From the NCBI GenBank assembly GCA_964016885.1, contig OZ024746.1, positions 47,864,001 to 47,928,000 of the forward strand: DNA of 64,000 bases, read 5' to 3'. A program made the position numbers and the translations under genes. Below are positions 13,392-27,500 of this stretch, piece after piece. The notes beneath the pieces are model-generated. The model had not been told where the DNA came from. It saw nothing but the letters and a program-made list of their open reading frames with translations, and made no database searches. Each line of letters opens with the position of its first letter. The stretch's first letter is position 1. This DNA is from Eledone cirrhosa (taxonomy: Eukaryota).

Positions 13392-13862
13392 ACACATATA
13401 TGTGTGTGTGTGTATGTATATATACAATCTGTGACGAACGTGTTCTCTCTTCTCCCTTAATTAATTTCAATGACTCACATTCTTTAACACAATATCTTAC
13501 TTTCTTCTTCTTGCCTTTTCCCCCTACTTTTCCTTTTTCGTCAGCTTTTTCCTTTGATTCACTCGTGAGATTTTTGTGCTATAAAAATACAATACCATTT
13601 CCCTGACGTCACGTAAAATTATATGAATACTTGAAATAGCTTAATTGCTATACGTTACTGTTTTGTCTCGTTTCTTACTCTACTGGATAGCGCTTTGGCT
13701 TATGTCAGACGCTGTGACCCTGGGTGGATCAGCAGTACCATTGGTAGGGGTCGAAACTGCCAAAGTTCATGTCAACGGCTGATGACCCTGGAGTTCTGTC
13801 TTTCGCTTGTATTTATATTTTCAAAAAATATTCTTCTTTTAAAGTTTCCCCTTAAAAAATTG

Positions 13863-13908
13863 TTTTCGTTTTGCCTTGTTTTTGTTCGTTGTCTTTTCCT
13901 CTCTCTGG

Positions 13909-13968
<60 letters not shown>

Positions 13969-14013
13969 CCAGAGAGAGGAAAAGACAACGAACAAAAACA
14001 AGGCAAAACGAAA

Positions 14014-14014
<1 letters not shown>
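13863..14014. repeat. 152-bp palindrome: about 50-bp unique arms around a (TA)n core
   Basis: ttttcgttttgccttgtttttgttcgttgtcttttcctctctctggta and its reverse complement. A diverged inverted copy of 13747-13890 also lies at about 14130-14270. Confidence 0.9.
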
Positions 14015-14105
<91 letters not shown>

Positions 14106-14958
14106 ATATAATGAAAAACTTAGGAAGATTAACAAAGAGAGGACAAGAAAACGAAAAAAGATCTTTTAATGGAAAACCTTAAACATTATTTTTAAAAAAT
14201 CAAAATACCAACGAAAGACACAGAACTATAGGGTCATCGGCCGTTGAGATGGATTTGGTATTTTCGACCTATTTAAACGAGAGAAACAATACTCAATATA
14301 CATAGATAGAAGCTGCACTTGAAATGATACCCCATAACTTTGTTTTGTCTTTCCTCTTTTCCCCCATATCCATTCCCTTTTTTTCTTCTTCTCCAGAAGT
14401 CAATGATGCATCCGAGGCATTCACGCTGCATTACGACACATCAATTTAATGTTGATAACAATTATGTGGCGCTTTCTTCTGTAAATACCGCGTGTGCCTT
14501 AATTTGACGAACTTAAAAGTCTAGAGAATATCGTACAGAAGTAGAGTGTGAGAGAGAATGAGGGAAGTCTGACAGAAAGAATATAGAATAAGAGCGAGAG
14601 GGGGTGGATTAAAGAGAATGGGAAAGAGAAGAGAGAGTGTTGACAGAAATAGAGAGTGAGGGTACTAATGTGGTTCAGAGAGAGGGAATGAGGAGGAAAG
14701 TAGGTGGTGTTGAAACCATGAGTAAATGTTAATACACGTATCTAATACTGGTAGTGTGTGAGATCGAACGTTCGAGCAGATTGAAAATACATCCCCGATT
14801 GCATTGTTAGAATTTGTTTGAGAATAGATTTATATTATGTGTACATGCGTGTGCGTGCGTATGTGTGGGAATTTAGATTATTTTATTATATGTAACTAAC
14901 GTAAAATTGGTCAGAAACTTATTAAATAGAGAATACAGAACACACACACGCATATATA

Positions 14959-15001
<43 letters not shown>

Positions 15002-15082
15002 TAATTTAGAAATGGCTTCTACAGACCTAGAACTGTTTCATTCAATACACAGAGGCGGGAAATAATTTCTCTTATACGTAAA

Positions 15083-15148
<66 letters not shown>

Positions 15149-15367
15149 CAATGATATTAAATAAATGGAAACTATATTTATAAAACCATATTTATTCTAT
15201 TATATATACAAGGGTACCAAGATTTTGGTACGCTATCATCAGATAAAATACGAAGTGTGTTTAATATCATTGAATATTATACGCCAGAAAATCTATCGAG
15301 TGCTCTGAATCAGTTATAAACATTTAGATTTGTTGAATTACCAACAAATTGAATATCCCTTCGGCTT
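15149..15367. mobile_element. Miniature version of the Penelope insertion: inverted pseudo-LTR stub with a broken hammerhead, joined to the 3' tail
   Basis: 15149-15252 resembles 18852-18960; 15261-15367 resembles 22760-22858 (tcgagtgct..atcagttataaa). Flanked by microsatellites. Confidence 0.75.
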
Positions 15368-15381
15368 ATATATATATATAT

Positions 15382-15558
15382 AAGACTAAAATCCAAAGAA
15401 GGCTCGATAAGGATATATATATTTATTAAAATAACAGATTAAAGTTTCCTGCTTTCACCCTTAACTTTAATCTGTTATTTTAATAAATATTTGCTTTAGG
15501 GTTCTTATATATTTGATATATATTTATCCTTATCGAGCCCTCTTTGGATTTTAGTCTT
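15382..15558. repeat. Nested inverted-repeat insert between TA tracts
   Basis: Outer arms aagactaaaatccaaaga.ggctcgataaggata; inner arms atatttattaaaataacagattaaagtt. Shares cagattaaagttt..gctttcaccct with 4713-4770. Confidence 0.85.
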
Positions 15559-15573
15559 CAAATTTATTATTAT

Positions 15574-15628
<55 letters not shown>

Positions 15629-15829
15629 GGTTTGGTTGTTCAAACGGGAGAAACAGTACTCAATGTACACAGATAGAGCTACACTTGGAACTCAAGTGTC
15701 AGGATTTTCATGCATTAAACACGACACTACTGGTCCTCGAGCCATCACTATGGTTTTGAGGCTATAATGAATTACATACACAATCACTCACACAAACATA
15801 CATGTACTTTGAGAGTACGTGCGATGGTC

Positions 15830-16151
<322 letters not shown>

Positions 16152-16323
16152 GTTATTCCGGGTTGAATTGGAGGTAACCACAGTAAGTAAGGTACTCAAT
16201 ACATAGCAGAGTATAAAAGTTTTAATATATATATATATAAAAGGTAAACAGAAATAACAACACAATCGGTACAGTACATGGAAGGGATATATTAGGTTAA
16301 CGTTTGATATAGCAGGAAGAGGG

Positions 16324-16359
16324 TCTTAACGTTTCAGACGCTAGTCCTTCATCAGAAGA
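16324..16359 (-). ncRNA. Minimal type I hammerhead motif in a Penelope-terminus-like fragment (about 16150-16700)
   Basis: Minus strand: tctt CTGATGA aggac-tagc-gtct GAAA cg TT aaga; palindromic stem III ACGT. Confidence 0.65.
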
Positions 16360-16734
16360 AAGAATGAAAAATAAGATAGATTGAGGGGACGGGCTGGTTG
16401 GAATTGGAAAAAATGTCTTTAGATAAAAATAACAGGTCCATTCATGTTGACATCTCTTGCAAAACTGTTGGTGCTGGCGTTTTGTGTATGATTTGTTTTT
16501 TAGAAAAGTGAATGATGGAGCACGTCTACCTGAAATGGAAAAAAAAACGTTTTGTAAAAAGAGCTATACTTGTGCACGTGCGTAAGCATGTGTGTGTGTG
16601 TGTACCACAACAGAAAGACTCCAGTTGCATGTTCAATTTTTTTTCATTATACGTTCACCCGTGCAGGACATCTCGTTTTTTTTATTTCAAAGCCTCATTT
16701 TCTCTTATATATATATATACATACAAAGAAGATA

Positions 16735-16918
16735 CGGTGAGATACTAGGTGGACCATAACGCATCAGAGTACTCGATACTTAGGGTAGTAGAGTGGGTAA
16801 TAGGAAAAGAGTCAGGACCCCGACGGCTGAGCTCCGGCCGTTTCGACAGCTAGATCCGAACGGTTCGGATCTAGCTGTCGAAACGGCCGGAGCTCAGCCG
16901 TCGGGGTCCGGACTCTTT
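16735..16918 (-). mobile_element. GC-rich fold-back element, copy C: 56-bp arms (16806-16861 / 16863-16918) plus tail
   Basis: One mismatch, 1-nt loop, (TA)n on both sides. Confidence 0.85.
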
Positions 16919-16919
16919 C

Positions 16920-17011
<92 letters not shown>

Positions 17012-17035
17012 TATATATATAAATATATATATATG

Positions 17036-17071
<36 letters not shown>

Positions 17072-17605
17072 TATATATTATGGCTGTATATATATATATA
17101 TATATGCGTCAGTGTGTGTGTGCATGAGTGCGTGTATGTGCGTGTATGTGTGTGTATGTGTGTGTATGTGTGTGTATGTGTGTGTATGTGTGTTTGCGAG
17201 TATTTGCAAGCAGAAGAGTTTAACATTTATATGATAAAGGAAAATGTCGCCGCACAATACAACCATAGCATAGCATTCACCTAGGAAGATCATTATTGTA
17301 TAACAGTGACATAATACGGCCGGATGTGCTTTCATTACTAAAGCCGCTCCAATCTTATCAAACGCATTTAACAAATTTGTCATGTACTCTTATTATTCCA
17401 TTTGCAAAATATTCTGATGGAAGTATATTCGCTTTCTGAATTTAATTTGTTTAAATTATCCTAACGTTTGTGTCTCTGATCTTGAATCTACACAAATTGA
17501 ATTAATTTCCATATGTTGGTGTTCTTTTATTTATTTCTCCTTCCATATTATTCTACTTCTTTCCTTTTCTTCCTCTTCTCTTTCTAACATAATATGAGAT
17601 AACAT

Positions 17606-17811
17606 ATGCAACCATTGCTGTTGGAAGCTCCCGGGAGCTTCCAACAGCAATGGTTGCATTCTTTAAGGGTATGTCAATATTTATTTATAAAACTGATCTA
17701 TATTATATTTTATCTGATGAAAGCACACCATAATTTAACTTGGTGTCCTTGAAATATGTATAATGAAATAAATATGGTTTTATAAATATAGTTTCCATTT
17801 GTTAATATCGT
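17606..17811 (+). mobile_element. Diverged pseudo-LTR fragment of the same Penelope family with an intact hammerhead (17700-17775)
   Basis: CTGATGA aagcacacca..tggtgtcctt GAAA tatgta TA atgaaataaatat. Ends at the family boundary taatatcgta followed by (TA)n. 54-bp perfect palindrome at 17606-17659. Confidence 0.85.
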
Positions 17812-17825
17812 ATATATATAAATAA

Positions 17826-17860
<35 letters not shown>

Positions 17861-18265
17861 TGTAATAAACAACATAAGGCAATTATTTCATTTAACAGTG
17901 GTTCTTAAAAGCAAACAAATTTTGCTTTCAATCATCAGAATCAAAAAATCCTGGTGTATTTATTGGCATTGGATTTTAAAAACAAAAATATAATCTATAT
18001 GAAAGTGAGGCTGGAAAAGGAAGAAGGAAAGGAAAAATAAACACACATGCAAACACACACACACACACACACACAATTATATACATACACATATATATAT
18101 ACATACACGCATACATACACACACACATATACACACACACATATATGTGTATATATATGCATACACATACATATACACATACATACACACATAATTATCA
18201 GCATATCCATACATACATATACATACAAATACACAAACGTGCATACACACACACACACATATACA

Positions 18266-18325
<60 letters not shown>

Positions 18326-18816
18326 AACATATATATACATACATACACACACATACATATATATACACATATATATATATACACATACATATACATACAC
18401 ATACACATACACATACATACATACACACAATCATACGTATATACACACGTACATACATACACATACATACACACATATATACACGCATGCATACGCATGC
18501 ACAAATATAGAAATATGTACACACACCTACATACTCACACACACAAATAAATATAAGAACAAATATAATAATAAAAATACCGTCACATAAGAATAAAAAT
18601 GAATATAAAGATTATTATAAAGTTGACAGCGATACAGGCAACAAATAAATGAACAAACACACGTGGTAAGCAATACACAGAATTGCACGTACACATATAT
18701 ACGTAAAATTAAATACATACACACACTCTCACACATACACATACATATACAAATACATATACACATACATACGCATACACATATACATACACACACACAC
18801 ACACATATACATATAT

Positions 18817-18853
<37 letters not shown>

Positions 18854-18889
18854 CGATATTAAATAAATAGAAACTATATTTATAAAACC

Positions 18890-18965
18890 ATATTTATTTC
18901 ATTATACATATTTCAGGGATACCAAATTAAAATATGGCATGCCTTCGTCAGATAAAATACAATAT
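18890..18965 (-). ncRNA. Hammerhead ribozyme, mirror copy in the inverted pseudo-LTR
   Basis: Reverse complement of 22657-22732. Confidence 0.83.
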
Positions 18966-19530
18966 ATAAACAGTTTTATAAATAATTTTGACGTACCCTA
19001 TTAGAAGTGACCATTATTTTTGGAGGCTGTCTGGATAGTGAGATGTTTATAATTATTTTATTAGTTATAGTGTTAAGCACAGTTAGAAAAAAGACGGAGA
19101 GAAAGAAAAAAACGGAGAGAAAGAAAAAACGGAGAGAGAGAAGGAGAGAGAGAAAAAAGAAGGAGAGATAGAAAAAAGGAAGATATATATAAATAGATAG
19201 GAGGAAATGAAAAAGAAAAAAGAAAGAAAGAAGAAAGGCAAAAGAAAGCAACAGAGAGATAATAATTCATCATACAGATAGAGAAACTCAAGAGAGAGGA
19301 AGTACTATATAGAGAGAAGAGGATACAGTGACAACTTTACGTCATGTCATATTAAGTTGAATTAACAATTCATATGAAATGAATAATAAAAATGCAAATA
19401 TCAATATTCATGAATGAGACATAGATATATATTATGAGAAAATAACATTGTTCAATAATGACCATATTTTTAGTTTAAAAACTTTGAATTAGACATTGAA
19501 TTAGACATTGAGAATAAAACACAACCCTTC

Positions 19531-21234
19531 ATGCCTAGGAAACCCAAGATCAATATGAAAGATCACAAAAGAAATTTTGAAAATGATTTGCCAGTCAGAT
19601 TGATTGCACCATCAAAATCTGACCTGGGAAGACTTAGCAAAAACATTCTAGACAGGGTTATACAGCAAATTAAAAACTTACATAATTTACCTTACTTAAA
19701 GTTATGGAAGGGGACTGGTGAGGTTATTGAGTGGTTTAAAGAAATTAAATATAACTATAATAATAAGTTTATTCAACTTGAAATTGGTAACTACTATTCA
19801 TCTATCACTCCTAATCTATTGAATAAGGCACTAAATTACGCATTTAAACATACTGACCTAACTAGCAATGAAATGCACATTATATTATCGGCAAGGAAAA
19901 CATTGATAGAATTTAATAACCAACTATGGACTAGGGCAGATAGAGATAATAATTTCGACATAACTATGGGATCATCTGACTCAGCTCAGGTAACGGACCT
20001 TGTGGACCTATTTATAATTAATTCGCTACATAGAAAAATACCATGTGTAACCGGAGGATTATATCGTGATGACATGCTTTTACTTATTGAAAATAATAGA
20101 TGTGAACTAAATAGAAAAAGAAAACAAATTATACAATTTTTTAATTACCTTAATCTAAAAATAGAAATAGAGAATAACCATAGAATAGTCAATTTTCTGG
20201 ATGTAACACTAAATCTCAACACATGTCTTCACTATCCATTTCACAAACTAAATGAGAACTTGAATTACGACAATTTTAACTCTAATCACCCCAGATCTGT
20301 TAAAAATACTATAGTGAACTCTGTTCAAGAACGAATTTCAAGAATTTAATCTAATAAAAATATTTTTGATGAAAAAGCGCAGTATTACAATGAAGCGTTA
20401 GCTAGAGCAGGATATAGAGATAAAATTAAGTACATCGATAATAATAAGCAAACTAACCAAAATAATAACAATTTTAATTACGGTAACAACATTAACAACT
20501 ATAATAGAAAACATTACAATAATTCCAAAAGCCGAAAAAGAAATAGAACTAGAAATATATTATGGTTTGCCCCCACCCCTTTTTCACTAAATATTAAAAC
20601 CCATATTGCTAAACTATTCTTTAATGCTCTTGACAAACGCTTCCCTAGAACACATAAATATCACTCAATTTTTAATAGACACACTATAAAATTAACTTAC
20701 TCGTCCACCAAAAATTTAGCACAAAATATTAACAGAATTAATAATAGGAATTTAAAACCTAACCAAAATACCAATAATAACCCAAACAATATTCAATTAA
20801 ATAACTGTAACTGTAGAAATAAATCTAACTGTCCGTTAAATAACAACTGCTTAGCTAAAAATGTAGTGTACAATTGTAATGTTAAAACTAATTTAAATTC
20901 TTTCAACTATGTTGGTTCCACCTCGACAGAATTTAAACTTCGCTTCAATAATCATAAGAATTCTTTCACAGATCCAAACAAAAAATCCTCAACTTCGCTA
21001 TCAAGCCTACTCTGGCACCTTAAACGAGATAATGTTAAATATTCGATGTTTTGGAATATTGTCTCAAAAGGGATTCCTTTTAATTCCTCATCAGAGACTT
21101 GCGATCTTTGTGTAGAGGAAATATTCTTTATATTAAAGTCCAAAAATTCCCTTAATTTAAGGAGCAATTTATTCAGTTGCTGCAGACATAGATTAAACTC
21201 AACGTTTAAATATAAATATAAATTTAAAATGTAG
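19531..21234 (+). pseudogene. Penelope-like RT / Cys-knuckle / GIY-YIG endonuclease ORF with one premature stop (TAA 20347-20349), N-terminus missing
   Basis: KDHK..F, RLIAPSKS, MGSSDSAQVTDLV, GGLYRDD, VNFLDVTL. The same frame continues past the stop: RNILWFAPTPFS, CNCRNKSNCPLNNNC, VVYNC..YVGST..FKLRFNNH, CDLC, CCRH. Confidence 0.93.
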
Positions 21235-22656
21235 TATAATTAATTAAGAAATTTAGTTAATATATGAAACCTGACGATAAATCATTTGATTCCTTCACCT
21301 TTTTCTTTTTAAACTTTCTTCCTAAATATAAACAAGGATATAATAAACTACTCTAAAATGTATATGCTCTCAATGTATTAAATAAAATTTACGTAAGATA
21401 AATTTCTATATTAAATATAAGGGCATCCGTAGAATCACTGGGTCTTCTAAATCTTTTAAATAATTTTTGTTTTTTATTTGTTTTTTTACTCTGATAGCTT
21501 CTAATAACTTTTATATGTCTACCCTTGCAATATCTTGTTTGAGATATAGGTAGGATAGATTTCTATAAATATATGAAGCATATTGTTTTTGCTTGAGATA
21601 CTCTATAGTGTGTTAAAGATTTTTTAATGCTTTGATATTTCTGTATTAATATATTGATATTTGATTATCTCTATACAAAGGCCATTTGTGTGTATTAACA
21701 TGCATATAATGGGTTTATTGAGTTTATTTATGTGTTCGTATATATGTCTGTATATGTGCATAACGATGCTGGAAAACTCACGCAGATATTTATTTATACA
21801 TATATATATGTATATCTATGGTTCTGTGTGTATATGTTGATGTGTGGTGCAGATGTGCATAATATTAAATACATGAACGGTAATCATATATGTGAGGACA
21901 TGAATATTAATCGTGTGTTTTATGTATATATACTGTGAAATTTTTATAACACAAGAAATGTATAGAAGTGATCAGGTGAAATCATTTGTATGTCTATATT
22001 ATTGACTAGAGTAGACATAAATTTCTCTCTTTTTTTTTTACATATGCGTGTATATATATATACATATATGTATCCGTATTTTTATAAATAGGGTAATTTT
22101 TGAAGGTTTTAACTCAGATTTTGGTATATTGACCTCAGAGTTTTTAAACTAAACATATGGTCATTATTGAACAATGTTATTTTCTCATAATATATATCGA
22201 TGTCTCATTCATGAATATTGATATTTGCATTTTTATTATTCATTTCATATGAATTGTTAATTCAACTTAATATGACATGACGTAAAGTTGTCACTGTATC
22301 CTCTTCTCTCTATATAGTACTTCCTCTCTCTTGAGTTTCTCTATCTGTATGATGAATTATTATCTCTCTGTTGCTTTCTTTTGCCTTTCTTATTTCTTTC
22401 TTTTTTCTTTTTCATTTCCTCCTATCTATTTATATATATCTTCCTTTTTTCTCTCTCTCCTTCTTTTTTCTCTCTCTCCTTCTCTCTCTCCGTTTTTTCT
22501 TTCTCTCCGTTTTTTTCTTTCTCTCCGTCTTTTTTCTAACTGTGCTTAACACTATAACTAATAAAATAATTATAAACATCTCACTATCCAGACAGCCTCC
22601 AAAAATAATGGTCGCTTCTAATAGGGTACGTCAAAATTATTTATAAAACTGTTTAT

Positions 22657-22732
22657 ATATTGTATTTTATCTGACGAAGGCATGCCATATTTTAATTTGG
22701 TATCCCTGAAATATGTATAATGAAATAAATAT
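22657..22732 (+). ncRNA. Type I hammerhead ribozyme in the Penelope pseudo-LTR
   Basis: Stem I atatt(g)tattttat/atgaaataaatat; CTGACGA; stem II agg-c-atgcca/tggtat-c-cct; GAAA; stem III ATA-tg-TAT; predicted cleavage after A22719. Confidence 0.85.
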
Positions 22733-22855
22733 GGTTTTATAAATATAGTTTCTATTTATTTAATATCGTACATCTACTCCAAAAACTTGTCGAGTGCTTT
22801 ATATCAGTTATAAAATATTTACTTGTTGTATCCCAACAATTTTAAATAAAACTTT

Positions 22856-22921
<66 letters not shown>

Positions 22922-23252
22922 CATACATATCCATACATACATACACATACATATACATACATATCACAAACACATACATACAGATACAAACACACATATG
23001 TATCCGTGTAAAACTCATTCTTAGATATATTCATATGAACCTTGTTTAACTCTAATATATATATATATATAAACACATATATACATATACATATATATAT
23101 ATATACCTACACACACATATACATACACATACGTATGCATACATACATACACACACACCCACACATATAATTATATTATATATATATATATATTTGTGTG
23201 TGTGCGTGTGCATGTATGTATATGTGTGTGCATGTATGTATGTGTGTGTGCA

Positions 23253-23373
<121 letters not shown>

Positions 23374-23465
23374 ATTTATATCAGAGTCCGGTGGTATTAG
23401 ATGTCGAAACGGCAAGAGCACAGCCGTTGGGCCTCGACCCTTTCTAATATATATATATATAGATA

Positions 23466-24149
23466 TACGATATTAATAAATGGAAATTATATTTATAAAA
23501 CCATATTTATTTCATTATACATATTTCAGGGATAGCAAATTAAATCATGGTATGCCTTCATCAGACAAAATACAATATATAACAGTTTTACAAATAAGCT
23601 TTGACGTACCCTTTTAAAATGCAACCATTATTTTTGGAAGCCATCTGGATAGTGAATTGTTTATATTATTTTAATAAGTTAAGGACAATTAGAAAAAGAC
23701 GGAGAGAAAGAAAAAAACGGAGCGAGAGAAAAAAGAAAAAGAAAAAAACGTGGAGAAATATCGGAGAGAGAGAAATGCATGGAGAAAAAAAGAGAGAGAT
23801 AGATAAAGACAGGAGGAAAGAAAGAAAAAAGAAAAAAGGAAGAAATAAGAAAAACAGAGGAAAGCAACAGAGAGATATCAAATCATCAGACAGATAGAAA
23901 AACTCAAGAGAGAGAAATAATACATAGAGAGAGGGGGAGATAATGAAAACTTTACGTCATGTCATATTAAGTTGAGTTAACAATTTATATGAAATGAATA
24001 ATAAAAATATAAATATTAATATTTCTGAATGGGACATAAATATATAATATGAGAAATTAAACATTGTTTAATAATGATTATATGTTTAGTTTAAAACTTG
24101 AGATCAATACACTAAAATTTGAGAAACCATTATCTTACGGCAAAGATAG

Positions 24150-24191
<42 letters not shown>

Positions 24192-24372
24192 TCAGGTCTA
24201 CAATATAGACATACAAAACGCAAATGATTTCTCTTAATCGCTGCTATACATTCCTTGTGTTATAAAAAGTTCACAGTATATATACATAAATATATACGAT
24301 TAACATTCATGCCTTCATATATACGATTACCATTCATGCATTTAACATTTTGTTAAAAATTATGCATATCTG
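23466..24372 (-). mobile_element. Diverged 3' end / pseudo-LTR copy of the same Penelope family, with a hammerhead at about 23503-23578
   Basis: Colinear with 18852-19487, and further with the reverse complement of about 21850-22135. Core CTGATGA..GAAA intact. Confidence 0.88.
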
Positions 24373-25491
24373 CAATCAAAACATATATATGTTTGTGTGT
24401 GTATATGTGTGGGAGAGAGTGCGTGTTTTGGATGTGAGAGTGTGTGTGTGTCTGTGTGCGAGTGTGTGTTTACATTTGTGTTTATGACCCGTAATTTAGC
24501 GGCTCGACAAAAAGGGATCGATTAAAAAAATAATTACTAGTGTCGATACGGTCAACTGAATCAGGGTGGTGTCCTAGCATGGCCTTGGTCTAATGAATGA
24601 ATGTAGTAAAATAATAAACGATTAATAATAAACATAATATACATAAAGTGAGTTGTAATTTGCTTGAGACATTGCAAAATATCAAGTATCTAGAATGCCA
24701 CGACCATGAAGTTAGGGAAAGACTAAATCTACGACATGAACAAAAATTGATCTCTTACTTTCAAAACATTTAATAATCCTGATATATTTCTGATTAGCCT
24801 CCCTCATCATCGTGTGAAGATAACATCATATTTTTGTATCAGACCTATGCAAGTTAAAAAGACTGATGTGTCAACATTTGGGCTGAAACTTTTGCTACCT
24901 GAAATGTTAGAATCCCTTTCCCCTTATGAAACACCAACTTGTTTGCCCTTTTGAACTTTGTTTTATCTATTTGGCTAAAAAAAATGTTTGTGGGGAGGCA
25001 TATCTAGGCTATATTAACATATGGCTGGGCTTGTAGCCTTTCAGATATTTCCTACCCCATTTTTCACGCCATTACAGCAAAAAAGAAAGGAAAAGAAATC
25101 GATTGGTAATACATCTCTGTGAGACTCCTAGTTAGTTTTGTGAATAATACATCTCTGGAAGGGAATGAATTCGTTGACCTTGTATAGCTAAAATCAAGAT
25201 TATTTTTTCTCCTTTAGTCCCGAACTTTGTTGGCTTTCACATTATTTTTCGCCCTGTCCTCCAGAATACTAAACAGTACATGAAATCGTTTTAACCCCTA
25301 TTGTTTTCTTTATGATTTTTAGATTTCTGCTTGATTTTATCTTTATTTTATCCTTTTCTATTTATCTAATTCGTTTTCTCTTTCTCTACTTAGCTTTTAA
25401 TTGATAGCTTTTTGTTTCTTTGCATAAAAAGTATATTTTTTATGTTTCCTTAAGATACCTGTCAGTCTACATTTATTTGCCTAAACCCACT

Positions 25492-25557
<66 letters not shown>

Positions 25558-26059
25558 TAATTATGCATATACATTTTTTAAAAGGCGATTTGAAGGTATA
25601 ATTCCTCACATTAACTGACCAGTTTAATTTCATTTGCGACGTCTATGATTCTGATATGAGATTAAAGTGGTCAATTACTGTGAGGAATTGCAGCGGCACA
25701 AAACACACACACACACACGCGCGCGCATGTATGTTTTGTGTATGTATGTATGTATAATAAATATTAAGAATAGTTTTCCGAGGGGGACCGGGAAGAAACC
25801 ACAGTCATATATGGTACTCAATACATTAGTAGAGAATAGCGAAGATACATCCAGCATTGCTGATGATTTCAAACGAATAAAACAATATCCTTCTATAGCT
25901 CTATAATAAAACAGAACCTTTTTATAGTTCTATAAGAAATACCAATGAATTCTTGTTTTACATATTTCCATTACTGCGATTTTAAATATTTCGAAATCGA
26001 CATATACAGCTATCATATTTTAGTCGAATGCATGCCAGTCTTACATTTAACTTAGTTAT

Positions 26060-26945
26060 TGTGGATTGGCAGTAGAGGGTCGGACACCATGCTTTGCATC
26101 ATAGAGTTACGGCCCTTTACGGTCTGAGTTCAAATCCCGCCGAGGTTAACTTTGCCTTTCATCCTTACGGAGTCGATAAAATAAAGTACCAGTAATACAC
26201 TAGGATAATTGCTGGCTTTGTGCCAAACGTAGAAACAGTTATTACATTAGTGATTGGCAGAATCAACAGAGCATCGGACGATATACTTTGCGGGATACAG
26301 TTACGGCCTTTTCCGGCCGAGGTTAGCTTTGCCTTTCATCTTTACAGGGTTGGGAAAATAAAGCACCGGTGATGCACTCATTCTCCTTTTCTGGAAGAAA
26401 TCGGCTGTGTTCAAACCTGGAGAATGGATGGACTCCGCCAGGTTTAAATGCCCCAAACGCGGGAGAGACTGGGCCACATATTATCATGATCATTTTCGTA
26501 ATCATTATTATACGGCCCTTGCCATTCTGAGTTCAAATCCCGCCGAGGTTAACTTTGCCTTTCATCCTTACGGGGTCGATAAAATAAAGTACCAGTAATG
26601 TACTGGGTATTTTCTGGCCTTGTGCCAAAAGTAGAAACAATTATTGTTTATTTATTTATTTTTTTTGTTATTTTTCGTTAGCTTTTCCTAATGATATCAA
26701 TGTCCAGTATCCTTATTAACTCATGTGAAAGCGATTGATTAGCAGAATCGTTAGAGTGTTGGACAAATGCTTAGCAGTATTTATTCTGCCTCTTAAGTTC
26801 TAAGTTCAAATCCTATCAAGGTCAACTTTGCCTTTCACCTTTCCGGGGTCTGTGAAATAAAGCACTAATCATATACTGGGGTTGATTTAATCAACTTTCC
26901 CTTTCTCCAAGATTTCTGGCCATATGCCTAAATTATTAATTAGTA
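26060..26945 (+). mobile_element. Cluster of four dominant-SINE copies
   Basis: Core motif at about 26140, 26320, 26545 and 26820. Confidence 0.85.
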
Positions 26946-27141
26946 TTAACCACTATTAACCAATATCTACCATTGTGGACAAATGTTGATGCTAGGGGTT
27001 TTCCAATGCTTACTACTTAGGTTTAACAACGTTTACCAAAGCTGGTCTTATTGTTCATTCATGTTTGCTCCTCTTCATATTGTTGTTTACCACATCATTA
27101 AACAATATTTACCATTGTTGTTATTACTTAGTGACATTAAT

Positions 27142-27329
27142 TGTTTCTACTTTAGGCACAAGGCCAGCAATTACCCAGTTCATTACTGGTACTTTATTTT
27201 ATTGACCCCGTAAGGATGAAAGGCAAAGTCAACCTCGGCGGGATTTGAACTCAGATCGTAAAAGGACGTAACTATGCTGGAAAGCATGGCGTCCGACCCT
27301 CTACCGATACTGCCAATCCACCGCCCACA
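27142..27329 (-). mobile_element. Full-length dominant SINE with a 19-bp TSD
   Basis: TSD attacttagtgacattaat at 27123-27141 and 27330-27348. Confidence 0.9.
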
Positions 27330-27500
27330 ATTACTTAGTGACATTAATGCTAACGAGTTACCATTGTTGTTGCCATAGTTTACAAATGTTTGCCAATGCT
27401 GATATCAATGTTTATTTACGTTTGCAATTGTTTATAGCATTGTTTACCATCGTTTAACAATCTAACCATTGTTTAGCTATGTTGATGCCAATGTCTAAAC

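Larger units (their letters stand above)
18852..22858 (+). mobile_element. Penelope-like retroelement (Naiad-like), 5'-truncated, with an inverted pseudo-LTR at its 5' end, inserted in (TA)n
   Basis: RT+GIY-YIG frame 19531-21234; about 635-bp inverted repeats 18852-19487 / 22135-22770; unique 3' tail 22771-22858; (TA)n on both sides. Confidence 0.93.

Noticed and set aside
13715-13800. GAAA and CTGATGA in permuted order (possible type II hammerhead); related sequence at about 14220-14270 and 61890-61935
   Set aside because: Stems I and II could not be closed properly around the core, and the inverted copy has CCGATGA.
20347-20349. In-frame stop in a Naiad-like ORF as possible selenocysteine recoding
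   Set aside because: The codon is TAA, not TGA, and sits at a probable Ser position (RISRI*SN), so it is most likely a simple nonsense mutation.
18852-22770. DNA transposon suggested by long terminal inverted repeats
   Set aside because: The interior encodes RT + GIY-YIG, not a transposase, and the repeats are inverted Penelope pseudo-LTRs.
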